Origin: Candidatus Poseidoniaceae archaeon
GTDB taxonomy: Archaea > Thermoplasmatota > Poseidoniia > Poseidoniales > Poseidoniaceae
Length of the DNA: 64,000 bases
Direction: 5' to 3'
Assembly: GCA_965662895.1 (NCBI GenBank)
Contig: CBFIJH010000011.1
Coordinates: 9,920-73,919 of the forward strand
Shown one piece after another: positions 47,783 to 62,298 of the stretch (positions are counted from its first letter, which is position 1; the number at the start of each line of letters is the position of its first letter). The notes beneath the pieces were generated by a model, which had not been told where the DNA came from, did not search any database, and saw only the letters and a program-made list of their open reading frames with translations. Both the position numbers and the translations under genes were made by a program.

Positions 47783-48597
47783 ACCACCTCATAATCTTGA
47801 AATTCCTCACGTACAAGAATCATCAGGCCCATGCCACAGAGGATTAAAAACGGTCCAAAAACGATGAATCCACGGCTGAACAAAGCAAAACCTGCAAGAT
47901 ATTGTGTTCGTCGATAATTCGTTGCTTTTCGCACACCGTATGCCGCATTGATGCCAGCGACCCCAGCGATGATCGTAATGAGAGCAATTCCGGTTGAAAG
48001 GGCTACGGCATTTTCAAGCGACCATCCGGATGTGTCTTGGGTAAAATCCTCATCAATTGTACCGTTTCCTTTGGTGAGTGTGAACGGTGCTTGTGTGGTG
48101 CTTTCGGGTGTAAACGTTCGTTCAACAGTCACGTACGAGTCGAGTGAAATGCGAAGAATATGGGGTTTTGATGCAACGTTTTCGAAGTGATAATAGCCAT
48201 AGGAATTTGTTTCCATCGTTTGTATAACATTGCTCGTTTCTTTATCGATCAGTTCCACAACAACATCCTCAATCGAATCGCCAGAATCCGATTCCAGAAC
48301 AATTCCATAGACATCCACGACGCCGTCTTGATTCAGCGTATCATTCAGCAACTCTGCTGGATTGCCTTGCAACAAGAGGATTCCAGTGACAATTCCAAGG
48401 ATGCTTCCAATAAAGATCAACGATGATGCAAGAGCAAGGATTCCGTTGTTTTCCTCGATGAGAAGGAGATCGTCACCTTCCGTGGTTGAGGCGACGACTT
48501 CAGATTCTTGAACGACGAGTTCGTCCTCCTCTTCTTTGCCGGACAATTTTTCACGAACACGTGCACGAAGTGCTTCACGTCGTTCGTTTATGTCCAT
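47779..48597 (-). CDS. Membrane protein with carboxypeptidase-regulatory-like beta-sandwich
   Basis: TM, then VYGIVLESDSGDSIEDVVV..TNSYGYYHFENV..SYVTV, then further TM segments. Confidence 0.7.
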   Translation of the reverse strand: MDINERREALRARVREKLSGKEEEDELVVQESEVVASTTEGDDLLLIEENNGILALASSLIFIGSILGIVTGILLLQGNPAELLNDTLNQDGVVDVYGIVLESDSGDSIEDVVVELIDKETSNVIQTMETNSYGYYHFENVASKPHILRISLDSYVTVERTFTPESTTQAPFTLTKGNGTIDEDFTQDTSGWSLENAVALSTGIALITIIAGVAGINAAYGVRKATNYRRTQYLAGFALFSRGFIVFGPFLILCGMGLMILVREEFQDYEVV

Positions 48598-48664
48598 GAT
48601 GAAACCCCTTCGAGTGCACAGTGCGCGAAAACGTTCGCTTCCCGCTGTATCCGCGTACGCAGGC

Positions 48665-49804
48665 CTACCGTTTCAAACGCACGCTCTCATGGAGGCCCAG
48701 AAAAACGAGCGCAATGATGGCAATTAATGAGAAGATTGACCCCGTGACCAAGGGGTGGAACGCTTCAGTGGAGTTTTCAGATTCGCTGGGAATGGAAGAG
48801 GACTGATTCTGTTCAACATCGAGCCATGAGCCTAAGCGAAGTCCAAGTTCAAGAAGGCGGCCAATGTGGGCGAGCGAATTCGCGGAGACCTTGTCTGGTG
48901 TGTCTTCATGCGTGTGCCAGTAACCTTCCCATTGAGAAGCGTTATCTCCATAACGGATGTCGATGAGATCGATGGCGGGTATCCCGACATTAATCATTGG
49001 AACGTGATCATCAATCACCCCGTCAGTTTGAGAGAAATTGACAATATCTTGTCCGGGGTTCCCAAAGCAATCTTCGACATTGTCCAACAATCCAAGAGGG
49101 CCTGAGAGGTTTTCAACAGCATTCCACAAACGGTTCCCTTCTTTGTTGTTCTCGTACGGAGGATACGTTCGATAGATTTTCAAATCTGCATCACCAATCA
49201 TGTCGACCAGAAGGAAAGCTTCGATACGCTCAATGTCCTCACTCGTTCTGTTTTCTGCCCATGCTTTGGCTCCGAGCATCGATGGCACTGGTCCTTGATC
49301 CTCTGCATCCGTCAGGAGTATCCAAACCTCATGGTCGAGCCCCATTGTTGGTAGGATTCGAGCCAGTTCCCATAAGACTGCTACGCCGCTTCCTCCATCG
49401 TTTGCACCTGGAATTGGCATGTTCGTCATGTTTGGGTTGGGGTCACGTTCAGCCCGATCTCTTGAGTCATAATGTGCAGCGAGGACGAGAACGGTGCTGT
49501 TCGTTTCTGCATCATTCGGCACGAGACGCCCCTCCAAGTTGGTCAAATTGTATCCGTCTCTTGTGTGCGGGTCGAGGTGCCAATCAAATTCTGGACGCGT
49601 TTCCATGAACCAATCTCGGAGCGCCTTTGATGCGTTGCTGCCAGGTGTCCGGTAACCAAATTCAACTTGAGTTGTGACACTCTCGTTGGCTCTCTCCCCG
49701 TCAAATTGGAGCGATTCGATGGTCGAACATACGTTCTCAGAAGATGCTGCTGGAGCCCATGCTGAGACGAGAAGAAGGATTGAAAGGAAGCACATTGTTC
49801 TCAA
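48665..49804 (-). CDS. Secreted, C-terminally anchored M28-family enzyme (glutaminyl cyclase-like)
   Basis: Signal peptide; AHYDSR, GANDGGSGV, DAED, DMIG, DDH, WHTHED; C-terminal TM. Confidence 0.85.
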   Translation of the reverse strand: MRTMCFLSILLLVSAWAPAASSENVCSTIESLQFDGERANESVTTQVEFGYRTPGSNASKALRDWFMETRPEFDWHLDPHTRDGYNLTNLEGRLVPNDAETNSTVLVLAAHYDSRDRAERDPNPNMTNMPIPGANDGGSGVAVLWELARILPTMGLDHEVWILLTDAEDQGPVPSMLGAKAWAENRTSEDIERIEAFLLVDMIGDADLKIYRTYPPYENNKEGNRLWNAVENLSGPLGLLDNVEDCFGNPGQDIVNFSQTDGVIDDHVPMINVGIPAIDLIDIRYGDNASQWEGYWHTHEDTPDKVSANSLAHIGRLLELGLRLGSWLDVEQNQSSSIPSESENSTEAFHPLVTGSIFSLIAIIALVFLGLHESVRLKR

Positions 49805-49908
49805 TTTTCTGCCTCCTGTTTGATGATGCTACTGACGCGGGGTATTAAATACCTCATTTCAATACAATAAATTACGGTATGGTATGCCGTTTTCATGAGG
49901 TTTTCTTT

Positions 49909-52900
49909 ATGTCTGAACGGCGCTCCATTAAAGCTCTCCTTCTTGTTGGTCTTTTGTTGACGTCTGTACTCACGCACGTCTCAGCAAACGAAACAGAAAT
50001 TGAATCTGAAGAAGACGTTGACTCGATTGGTGTTGTCTACGGCGATTTGACCGAATTCGATGTTGCAACAGGCTCAGAATATCTCTTGATTGAAGAAAAT
50101 CAACCTGTCGTCTCAGCAACGACGTTCATCAAACAAGCTTGGATCGATGAAGGTCGTCCCGGCGTGGATGAGATTCGATATCAACCCTCAATGGCGCGTT
50201 CAACATGTACACAACACGTCGTCGGAGACACGTTGACGGTACCAATTTCGGGCGGTTCAACCAATGTTTACGTCGCCAAAACGACGGCGAGTGTTGCATT
50301 CCTTGTTCAATCCGGCCGTACGCTCTCCTCAACGGTTCTCCAAAATCTCGCCTCAACATGGGACCAAACCATCTACCCGACCATGACGACGTACTTCGGA
50401 AAGGACTACCAAGACGGGCGCGGTCTCGCACCTCCGGACAACGACAACAATTGCCAAGTTGAAATTGTCATCTATGATATTGATGGGGCATTCAACATCG
50501 GCGGATATTTCTCGCCTGGAACCGCTGCAACTCGTGAAGTTGTTTACGTTGATTTTGCCGACATAACCCTTGCGTGGGGTAAATCCATTATCGCCCACGA
50601 GTTGCAACATCTTCTCCACAATGCGCAGGACCCGTACGAAAACCTCTGGTTGGATGAAGGAAATGCGGATGTAGCCATCTACCTCTGTTTCGGAGCTGAT
50701 GGAACCCTCGCTGGTCACCTGAATGGGTGGACGCAGCAATCCGATTTGAGCGTTCGATGGTGGAATCAACGAAATGGAGATTACGGGGCCGGGTTCATTT
50801 TCACAATGTACCTTGCTGATCATCTTGGAGGGGGGCCAGCCGTCCGACAGTTGGTCCAAGACTCCGCAACGGGAGGTCTAGGTGTCGAGAACTTAGCAGT
50901 CTCGCCGGTGTCTGGACAATCTGGCAAGATTGGGCGCACGATGGGAGAGATTTTTGCCAATTTCTCTATTGCAGCGACGATTGATTCTGACCAAGGAATT
51001 TACGGATTTTCCAACCTTGAATTAAACCCCGCTTGTGGAGGTACAACCTTCTGCCGAATTACGCCAGCTGACACAAATTCGGATTGGTCCACGCCATGGA
51101 GTTCTACTGGACACACCATGGAAGGCTGGGGCATTCGTTCCTTCAAATTCACTCCAGGTGCTGCTTCACCCGCACCGTTGACCTTGCGAGTGACGTCGGA
51201 TGTTTCGAACTTTGACGGAGTTCTGGTCTACAAATCAACGGCTGATGGCCTTTGGTCGACACAAGATTTGGACTTCAGCAACAACGTCGCAACAGGACTC
51301 ATCCAAGGGTTTGGTAATTTGACCGACGAAGTCTATGCGATCGTCTGGTATGCAAGCACTGTCGCAGATTGCGACTACACGTCCTGCGGCCCATCCTATC
51401 CTCAAGGGACCATCGACATCGAAGCAGCGCGAATTACGTCGCCAGCTACAATGATGTTGAACGGGACGGCCCTCGGCGACCGGGACGGTGATGGATCGGC
51501 CGACACGGTGCAAGTCAACTACTCCATTCTCTCAAACGCATTTTTCGAAGATTTGGATGTTGATGCCGTTGTTCGAAACAGCAACGGGACCGTTGTTGAT
51601 ACCATCTCAACCCGGGTTCAAGCAGGCGGAGGTGTTCATGTTCCGAACAGTGTTTACTTCACTGCAAACAAAGACGATCAGTACACGGTTCAGTTTACCA
51701 TGAAAAACATGCTTGGTGCCGTACTTGACACAAAAACCACAGCACCGCAAGCGCTGACGAACATGGCACCTGCAGCAAACGGTTCGGTATCAACGAACAC
51801 CAGTCAAACCTATGAGAAGATTCAGTTTACTGGCGATGGGTTTGATGCGTGGGGTTTGTCCTTGGACAACAACACTTTGCCTTATTTCGATCAACCCATT
51901 GCTTATGCCTGGGATTTCGATGACAACATGACATCAGGACTTCGTTCTCCACTCCGATCATTTTCACAAGCAGGTTCGTACAACACGACGCTGCGTGTCA
52001 TGGATGTTGGAGGGACTTGGTCCGATGTAAGTGTCAACCAGATCAACATTACCGACAATTCGGAGCCCATACCCATTATCACAGTTAACAACAACGTCGT
52101 AACGGACAGACTCGAAATTCTCACCAACCAACGAATTGTGTTCTCTGCTTATCTAACATCAGACAACGTCCCATTGGAATTCCTCGACTTTGCGTGGGAC
52201 TGGGGAGATGGAACCTCGGTCGATTCGGGAATTGGGATGTACACCACCAATCATGAATGGGGTGATGTTGTTGGTCCGAATCAAACGTACAGTTTGACGT
52301 TGACCGTTTCCGACGGCGTTAATGTTGGGCAAAAAGTCATTGAGATTGTCGTCAACAACCGTTTGCCGTACCAAATCTTCTCCGATGAACTCACCACATT
52401 CACCTACACGCCTTTGCTGATGCCAGATGTCTTCACGGATGATGATGGCATGAATCTCTCGCTTAGTTGGAACTTCCCCGATGGCGTGAACCTCGATGGT
52501 GTTGATGTCGATCGCAGCGATGATTTCTCGACAACGTCGTCTGCTGCGTTGTATCCTTCCCCTGCTTGGAACACGCCGGGCATGAAGAACATCACTGTCA
52601 CGGTGACAGATGAGGATGGAGGTCTTTCGACTGCAGAACTGCGCGTGAATGTCATCAATCAATTGCCCGTTGCGAACTACGTCGTGAAAGAATCCGGTAC
52701 AACTGGTGCACCGCAAATTGATTTCCTTGTCTCAGAAGCGCAAGTGAACGTTCCGTACACATTCGATGGTCGAACCAGCTTTGACATTGATGGTACAACA
52801 GGAACGTACAACGATTTGACATTCAACTGGTCCTTCCCGGACGGGACATTTAGCAACAAAACATTGCCTGCCTTTTCGTTCACTGAGCCCGGTGAGCAAA

Positions 52901-54087
52901 CAATCCAACTCGTCGTTACCGATGAGCGTGGGGAACAAAGCGCTCCTAGGGTGATTGTCGTCGTTGTTGCGAATCCTCTCCCAATTATCGAATTGCAAAT
53001 TCTGGACGCTTGGGTTGACGGTATGCTGCTGATGGATACCGATGTGTTCCCGGAAAATGGTTTGCCAGATCAATGGTCACGAACCTTTGATGAGAATGGC
53101 GTAAATGTTGCAATACCTGGTGCCATGCTTTACTTTGATTCAAGCGGAACCCGGGATGGTGATCAGAAATTTGAGGGCAAGTATGTTCCTCTTGAGCAGC
53201 AGTCTCCTGATTGGAACGGCCTCTTGGAATACACGTGGGATTTCGGTGACGCAACGCCAATTGTTCACGAGCCAATGCCTTGGCATTCGTACGAGCGCCC
53301 TGGTTTGTACACCGTGAAATTGACCGTTCGTGATGCATTTGGAACCGGAGATGTCACACGTGCGGAGTTCAACATACACATCGATTCACCTCCCGATATT
53401 CAGGGCATTGATCTTCCCGATGAAATCTTCGAGGACTTTTCCTCTGCAGTCATCGTCAATGTTTCTGATGCTGAGTCTCTCTCAGACCTTGTGTTCTATA
53501 GAGACCTGAACGTTCTCGATGGTTCGAATTCCGATCGTGATGAAACCATTAGCAATGACTTGATGATTGAATGGGAGCAAGACATTCTCACCGACCAAGA
53601 CGAAGATGGTATAGCGGACAATGACTGGTTCACTTCCACAAATACGCTCGTCACGCTCGCTACTGTTGTATGGGATGAACCTGGTGAAGCAATTTTACGC
53701 GTCAAAGTATGCGATGGCATGGATCTTTGTGATATACACGAAATCGATGTCACAATTCTTCCAGAACAGGACGCAGACCCATCGCTTTCGGACTTCAGTT
53801 TGGACGAGTGGAAGTCGTGGATGTCCGATGCGGGTAGCGATGCACTTGGCTACATTGCTCTTATCATCGCAGCGCTCATCCTCGGCTGGTTGGTCATGCG
53901 CCAGCCCAATGAAATTGAAGAGGAAGCCAAACAGAATGCAGAAACGTACGACGTTGAACACGCTGACGACGGAGGCCTGTTGGGTATGGATCACCATGCA
54001 CCACCGCCTGCGCCCAAGATTCTCTCCAAACAAGAACGTCGAAATGATGAGAGCGGCTACATACGGCCGTTACGCCGTCGCGAGTAA
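49909..54087 (+). CDS. Large secreted zinc metallopeptidase (M30/M6-like) with multiple PKD domains and C-terminal TM anchor
   Basis: Signal peptide; AHELQHLLH..WLDEG; several WDFxDG/WDWGDG PKD repeats; C-terminal TM. Confidence 0.85.
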   Translation: MSERRSIKALLLVGLLLTSVLTHVSANETEIESEEDVDSIGVVYGDLTEFDVATGSEYLLIEENQPVVSATTFIKQAWIDEGRPGVDEIRYQPSMARSTCTQHVVGDTLTVPISGGSTNVYVAKTTASVAFLVQSGRTLSSTVLQNLASTWDQTIYPTMTTYFGKDYQDGRGLAPPDNDNNCQVEIVIYDIDGAFNIGGYFSPGTAATREVVYVDFADITLAWGKSIIAHELQHLLHNAQDPYENLWLDEGNADVAIYLCFGADGTLAGHLNGWTQQSDLSVRWWNQRNGDYGAGFIFTMYLADHLGGGPAVRQLVQDSATGGLGVENLAVSPVSGQSGKIGRTMGEIFANFSIAATIDSDQGIYGFSNLELNPACGGTTFCRITPADTNSDWSTPWSSTGHTMEGWGIRSFKFTPGAASPAPLTLRVTSDVSNFDGVLVYKSTADGLWSTQDLDFSNNVATGLIQGFGNLTDEVYAIVWYASTVADCDYTSCGPSYPQGTIDIEAARITSPATMMLNGTALGDRDGDGSADTVQVNYSILSNAFFEDLDVDAVVRNSNGTVVDTISTRVQAGGGVHVPNSVYFTANKDDQYTVQFTMKNMLGAVLDTKTTAPQALTNMAPAANGSVSTNTSQTYEKIQFTGDGFDAWGLSLDNNTLPYFDQPIAYAWDFDDNMTSGLRSPLRSFSQAGSYNTTLRVMDVGGTWSDVSVNQINITDNSEPIPIITVNNNVVTDRLEILTNQRIVFSAYLTSDNVPLEFLDFAWDWGDGTSVDSGIGMYTTNHEWGDVVGPNQTYSLTLTVSDGVNVGQKVIEIVVNNRLPYQIFSDELTTFTYTPLLMPDVFTDDDGMNLSLSWNFPDGVNLDGVDVDRSDDFSTTSSAALYPSPAWNTPGMKNITVTVTDEDGGLSTAELRVNVINQLPVANYVVKESGTTGAPQIDFLVSEAQVNVPYTFDGRTSFDIDGTTGTYNDLTFNWSFPDGTFSNKTLPAFSFTEPGEQTIQLVVTDERGEQSAPRVIVVVVANPLPIIELQILDAWVDGMLLMDTDVFPENGLPDQWSRTFDENGVNVAIPGAMLYFDSSGTRDGDQKFEGKYVPLEQQSPDWNGLLEYTWDFGDATPIVHEPMPWHSYERPGLYTVKLTVRDAFGTGDVTRAEFNIHIDSPPDIQGIDLPDEIFEDFSSAVIVNVSDAESLSDLVFYRDLNVLDGSNSDRDETISNDLMIEWEQDILTDQDEDGIADNDWFTSTNTLVTLATVVWDEPGEAILRVKVCDGMDLCDIHEIDVTILPEQDADPSLSDFSLDEWKSWMSDAGSDALGYIALIIAALILGWLVMRQPNEIEEEAKQNAETYDVEHADDGGLLGMDHHAPPPAPKILSKQERRNDESGYIRPLRRRE

Positions 54088-54138
54088 ACGAATGTCTCAA
54101 GAACCTCTTGGGTAACCATCACTCAGGGGGGTAGAGCT

Positions 54139-55161
54139 GTGATTCAAAGACGAGCCGTTGCTTTGCTCATGATTTTGATCGTTCCGCTCTTAAGCGGAGT
54201 CTTTTCTCCCAGTAGTGGGTTTGCCTCTGCGGCAATCGATGATTGCAAAGGAGATTTGTCTCCTATTATGGAGAATGAAACCATTGCTCGCCACGCTGAA
54301 GTACCTCACAACACTTGGTGGAGTTCGTACTTTCCAGAAGATTGGGATGATGACGAGACCAGAGGCCGTACTTCAGAACCGATGGATTCCAATGAAGAAT
54401 CAACCATCGATCCATTGCTCTCTCCGGAGGAACCTTGGTTGTACCAATCGTATCATTCGCCGATGCCGGTAAAAAAACTGACAACCAACATCGCCACGAC
54501 GATGGAGATAGGAAATGACAGTGTTGGAGCATTGCGCGTCAATCTTTCAAGCGCACACCGAACGACCATCTGTGTTGAAATTCAAGGAGTTGTAGGAAAC
54601 TCGACGGTACCTGCAAACGCAGACGTCTATCTGATGACAACATCGCAATACGATAGCTATGAGTTGTCGTACGACCGCATGCATGGTCAGGATTTTGATA
54701 TGTGGTTTAATCGAGAAAGCTTAAGCGATGATGAATTTGTCACTGAGGTCTCACCTGAATGGGCTGCGTTCGATGTCACGGGATGGAAAACGTACAGGGA
54801 TGCGCACATCTATGAAAACACCGACTCTGTTGTCATGAGTGTTTCTCTGGATGGCCCCGAAATCTACTCATCGTTGTTCTCGGGCGTCACCTATCAGGAA
54901 TTTTTCATCGTCGTTGACGCATGGGACAACTCGAGGAGAGGCGATGCAGGTGTTCAAAACAAAGTCCTCGTCGCCGATGTCGCCATTTCAACTGTCGAAC
55001 GCTCCGTCGTGCTCCCAAATTGGACGGTTTCGATCACTTTCTTTGTTTTCTTCATGTCGATTATGCTTGCACCAATACTCATCAATCGCCGTTATATGAA
55101 CGCTGGATTGGAGCCACAAATTGAAACAGAAAAGCAACTTATGCCTTCGATGAATCAATAA
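54139..55161 (+). CDS. Uncharacterised secreted, membrane-anchored protein
   Basis: N-terminal signal peptide, acidic ectodomain, C-terminal TM. Confidence 0.7.
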   Translation: MIQRRAVALLMILIVPLLSGVFSPSSGFASAAIDDCKGDLSPIMENETIARHAEVPHNTWWSSYFPEDWDDDETRGRTSEPMDSNEESTIDPLLSPEEPWLYQSYHSPMPVKKLTTNIATTMEIGNDSVGALRVNLSSAHRTTICVEIQGVVGNSTVPANADVYLMTTSQYDSYELSYDRMHGQDFDMWFNRESLSDDEFVTEVSPEWAAFDVTGWKTYRDAHIYENTDSVVMSVSLDGPEIYSSLFSGVTYQEFFIVVDAWDNSRRGDAGVQNKVLVADVAISTVERSVVLPNWTVSITFFVFFMSIMLAPILINRRYMNAGLEPQIETEKQLMPSMNQ

Positions 55162-55164
55162 AAT

Positions 55165-55998
55165 TCAGTACTCAAGCAGTGTCCAAGCATCTCGTAAATC
55201 TCGGACATTGATGAGACCCTTGTTGCTGATGCGGTGTTCCATTGACATCGTTGCGTAAACCATGGAAACACCGAGAATCGGTGCGTGGATACGGGCCCAA
55301 TCACCGCCGCTGTTGACAGCCATAACACTGTAATCGATGCCTTCTCCTTTCAACTCGATTGCTGCATCGACAATTTGCAAGGCATCGAGATGTGAGTGAG
55401 CAGTTGAGCAGAATTTCAAAAGATCGCCTTTCTCAGTGTTGTCTCGGACAAAAGATGCGATGTCCTCTGAATTTGGCGTGCCATTGATGTCATGGCTTGA
55501 GTAGACAATTTTGCACCCCTTTTTCTTCGCTGCAGCCATCAAACTGTCGAGGGCATCCTGTTCAATGGAGGATTCAAGGTCTATCCACGTCACCGCTGAG
55601 TCAATGGCTTGGTGAAGGATTGCAATTCGCTCTTCCTCAGTTCCTGGGAAAAATCCTCCTTCTCGAGGTGGTCGCACAGTGAAGATTACGGGAACTGCAA
55701 TCGCATCTTTGAGGCGTTGGATGCTTTCTTCAGGGTTTAGGGTCGAGGCATCTGAAATGGGCCACTCTGTTTCAGGTGGCATCACGCTTTTTGTTTCACC
55801 GTCTTCCTGTTCGACAAGGTTCGGTTCAGGCTTGGTAAGGTAGAGTCGGTCAAATCGAACTTCCACCAAGTCTGCACCAGCGGTGGAGGCACGGGCAGCC
55901 TCGTCGACCATATCATCAATGTTCGTCGAGTCGAGGGCTACGCAGATGGTCGGTTCAGGCATAGGTCTACCGACTTTCGTCATCTTCTTAACGCTCAC
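55165..55998 (-). CDS. aroD: Type I 3-dehydroquinate dehydratase
   Basis: ADLVEVRFD, IFTVR..EGG, WIDLE, SSHD, DLLK; start uncertain. Confidence 0.88.
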   Translation of the reverse strand: MSVKKMTKVGRPMPEPTICVALDSTNIDDMVDEAARASTAGADLVEVRFDRLYLTKPEPNLVEQEDGETKSVMPPETEWPISDASTLNPEESIQRLKDAIAVPVIFTVRPPREGGFFPGTEEERIAILHQAIDSAVTWIDLESSIEQDALDSLMAAAKKKGCKIVYSSHDINGTPNSEDIASFVRDNTEKGDLLKFCSTAHSHLDALQIVDAAIELKGEGIDYSVMAVNSGGDWARIHAPILGVSMVYATMSMEHRISNKGLINVRDLRDAWTLLEY

Positions 55999-56196
55999 GG
56001 AAGATACTCATGGTGGCAAACGACAAAATTCGTGCCGTTTGAAACGACATTTTCTCCACGAAAAACGCATGACGGAAGACTGCTTTAGGGGTAGGTTTAT
56101 ACCCCCTCGTCAAGCATCTTTAACAGTTAGAGGGGTGGCGTGTCAACTGAAAGAAAAAACAGCCGACAGCGCCAAAATTTTGACTGGATTTGATGA

Positions 56197-60958
<4,762 letters not shown>

Positions 60959-61036
60959 TACGGTCTCATCGACGAGTTCAAACATGATTCATGACTGGTT
61001 GGTACGTGCGGGGGATTTCCTCGTAGGTGAATTGTT

Positions 61037-62293
61037 ATGGATGAGCGCTCCTTGATTTACGATTGGAATACAATTGAGTATGAGTTTAATCGAAATCCAA
61101 ACAATCACCCGCATGGTGTCTGGTTTGATGATGAAACCTTACGAGACGGTCTCCAAAGCCCATCTGCTCGAAACCCTACCATTGAACAGAAAATTGAACT
61201 TCTTGATTATATGGAAAAACTGGGAATTCAGAAGGTCGATCTGGGGCTTCCTGGTGCAGGTCCATTCCACGTCGAGCACATCGATGCTATGCTCACTCAT
61301 ATTACTGAAAACGACTATCAAATACGGCCTGGTGCTGCAGTTCGGACATTGATGCAAGATATTGAACCACTTGTCGAACTTCAACAAAAACATGGAATTC
61401 CAATTCAGGCATCTGCGTTCCTAGGAACCAGCCCAATTCGCCAATATGCCGAAGGATGGACCATGGATAAACTTCTCTCTACCATGGAAAAAGCAGTCAC
61501 TTTTGCCGTTGACAACGATGTGCCCGTGATGTTTGTTACGGAAGATACCACTCGATCAAATCCTGAAGACATCAAGAAAATTTACCAGCGGGCCATGGAA
61601 CTCGGCGTCCGTCGAATTTGTGTTTGCGATACGTGCGGACACGTCACGCCGAATGGTGTGAAGAAGTTGCTCAATTTTATTGATGAAGAAGTCATCAAAG
61701 ATGGCGGCTATGATCGACGTGATATCGAGGTCAATTGGCACGGGCATCAAGACCGTGGATTGGGTGTAGCCAACAACATTGCAGCAGTTGAAGCCGGTGC
61801 TGACGTTGTTCATGGAACAGCATTGGGACTTGGTGAGCGAGCAGGAAATGCACCGCTCGATCAGACATTGGTGAACCTCAAACTTATGGGGGCTATTGAC
61901 AACGATCTTTCTGTTCTTGGTGAATACATGCAGAAAGCTCACGAATTCACTGAAGTTCCACTTCCTCGGAATTACCCAGTCTTTGGACAAGATGCTTTTG
62001 AGACTGGAACAGGAGTTCATGCATCAGCCGTCATCAAGGCGATGAAGAAAGGTGATCACTGGCTTGCAGATCGTGTCTATTCCGGTGTTCCAGCAGGAGA
62101 ATTTGGACTCGAACAAGTGATCCGAATTGGACATATGGCCGGACGTTCAAACATTATTTGGTGGCTTCAACAACGAAATTACGAGGTGACTGACGAACTC
62201 GTTGCTCATCTTTTTGATGTTGCCAAATCGCAACGAAGACTGATGCATGATTCCGAAGTTGTTGAGGCAATTGAAGCCTTTGCAGGTCAGTAA
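61037..62293 (+). CDS. DRE-TIM metallolyase (LeuA/homocitrate synthase family), no C-terminal regulatory domain
   Basis: DETLRDGLQ, HGHQDRGLGVAN, GLGERAGN. Confidence 0.85.
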   Translation: MDERSLIYDWNTIEYEFNRNPNNHPHGVWFDDETLRDGLQSPSARNPTIEQKIELLDYMEKLGIQKVDLGLPGAGPFHVEHIDAMLTHITENDYQIRPGAAVRTLMQDIEPLVELQQKHGIPIQASAFLGTSPIRQYAEGWTMDKLLSTMEKAVTFAVDNDVPVMFVTEDTTRSNPEDIKKIYQRAMELGVRRICVCDTCGHVTPNGVKKLLNFIDEEVIKDGGYDRRDIEVNWHGHQDRGLGVANNIAAVEAGADVVHGTALGLGERAGNAPLDQTLVNLKLMGAIDNDLSVLGEYMQKAHEFTEVPLPRNYPVFGQDAFETGTGVHASAVIKAMKKGDHWLADRVYSGVPAGEFGLEQVIRIGHMAGRSNIIWWLQQRNYEVTDELVAHLFDVAKSQRRLMHDSEVVEAIEAFAGQ

Positions 62294-62298
62294 GAATC

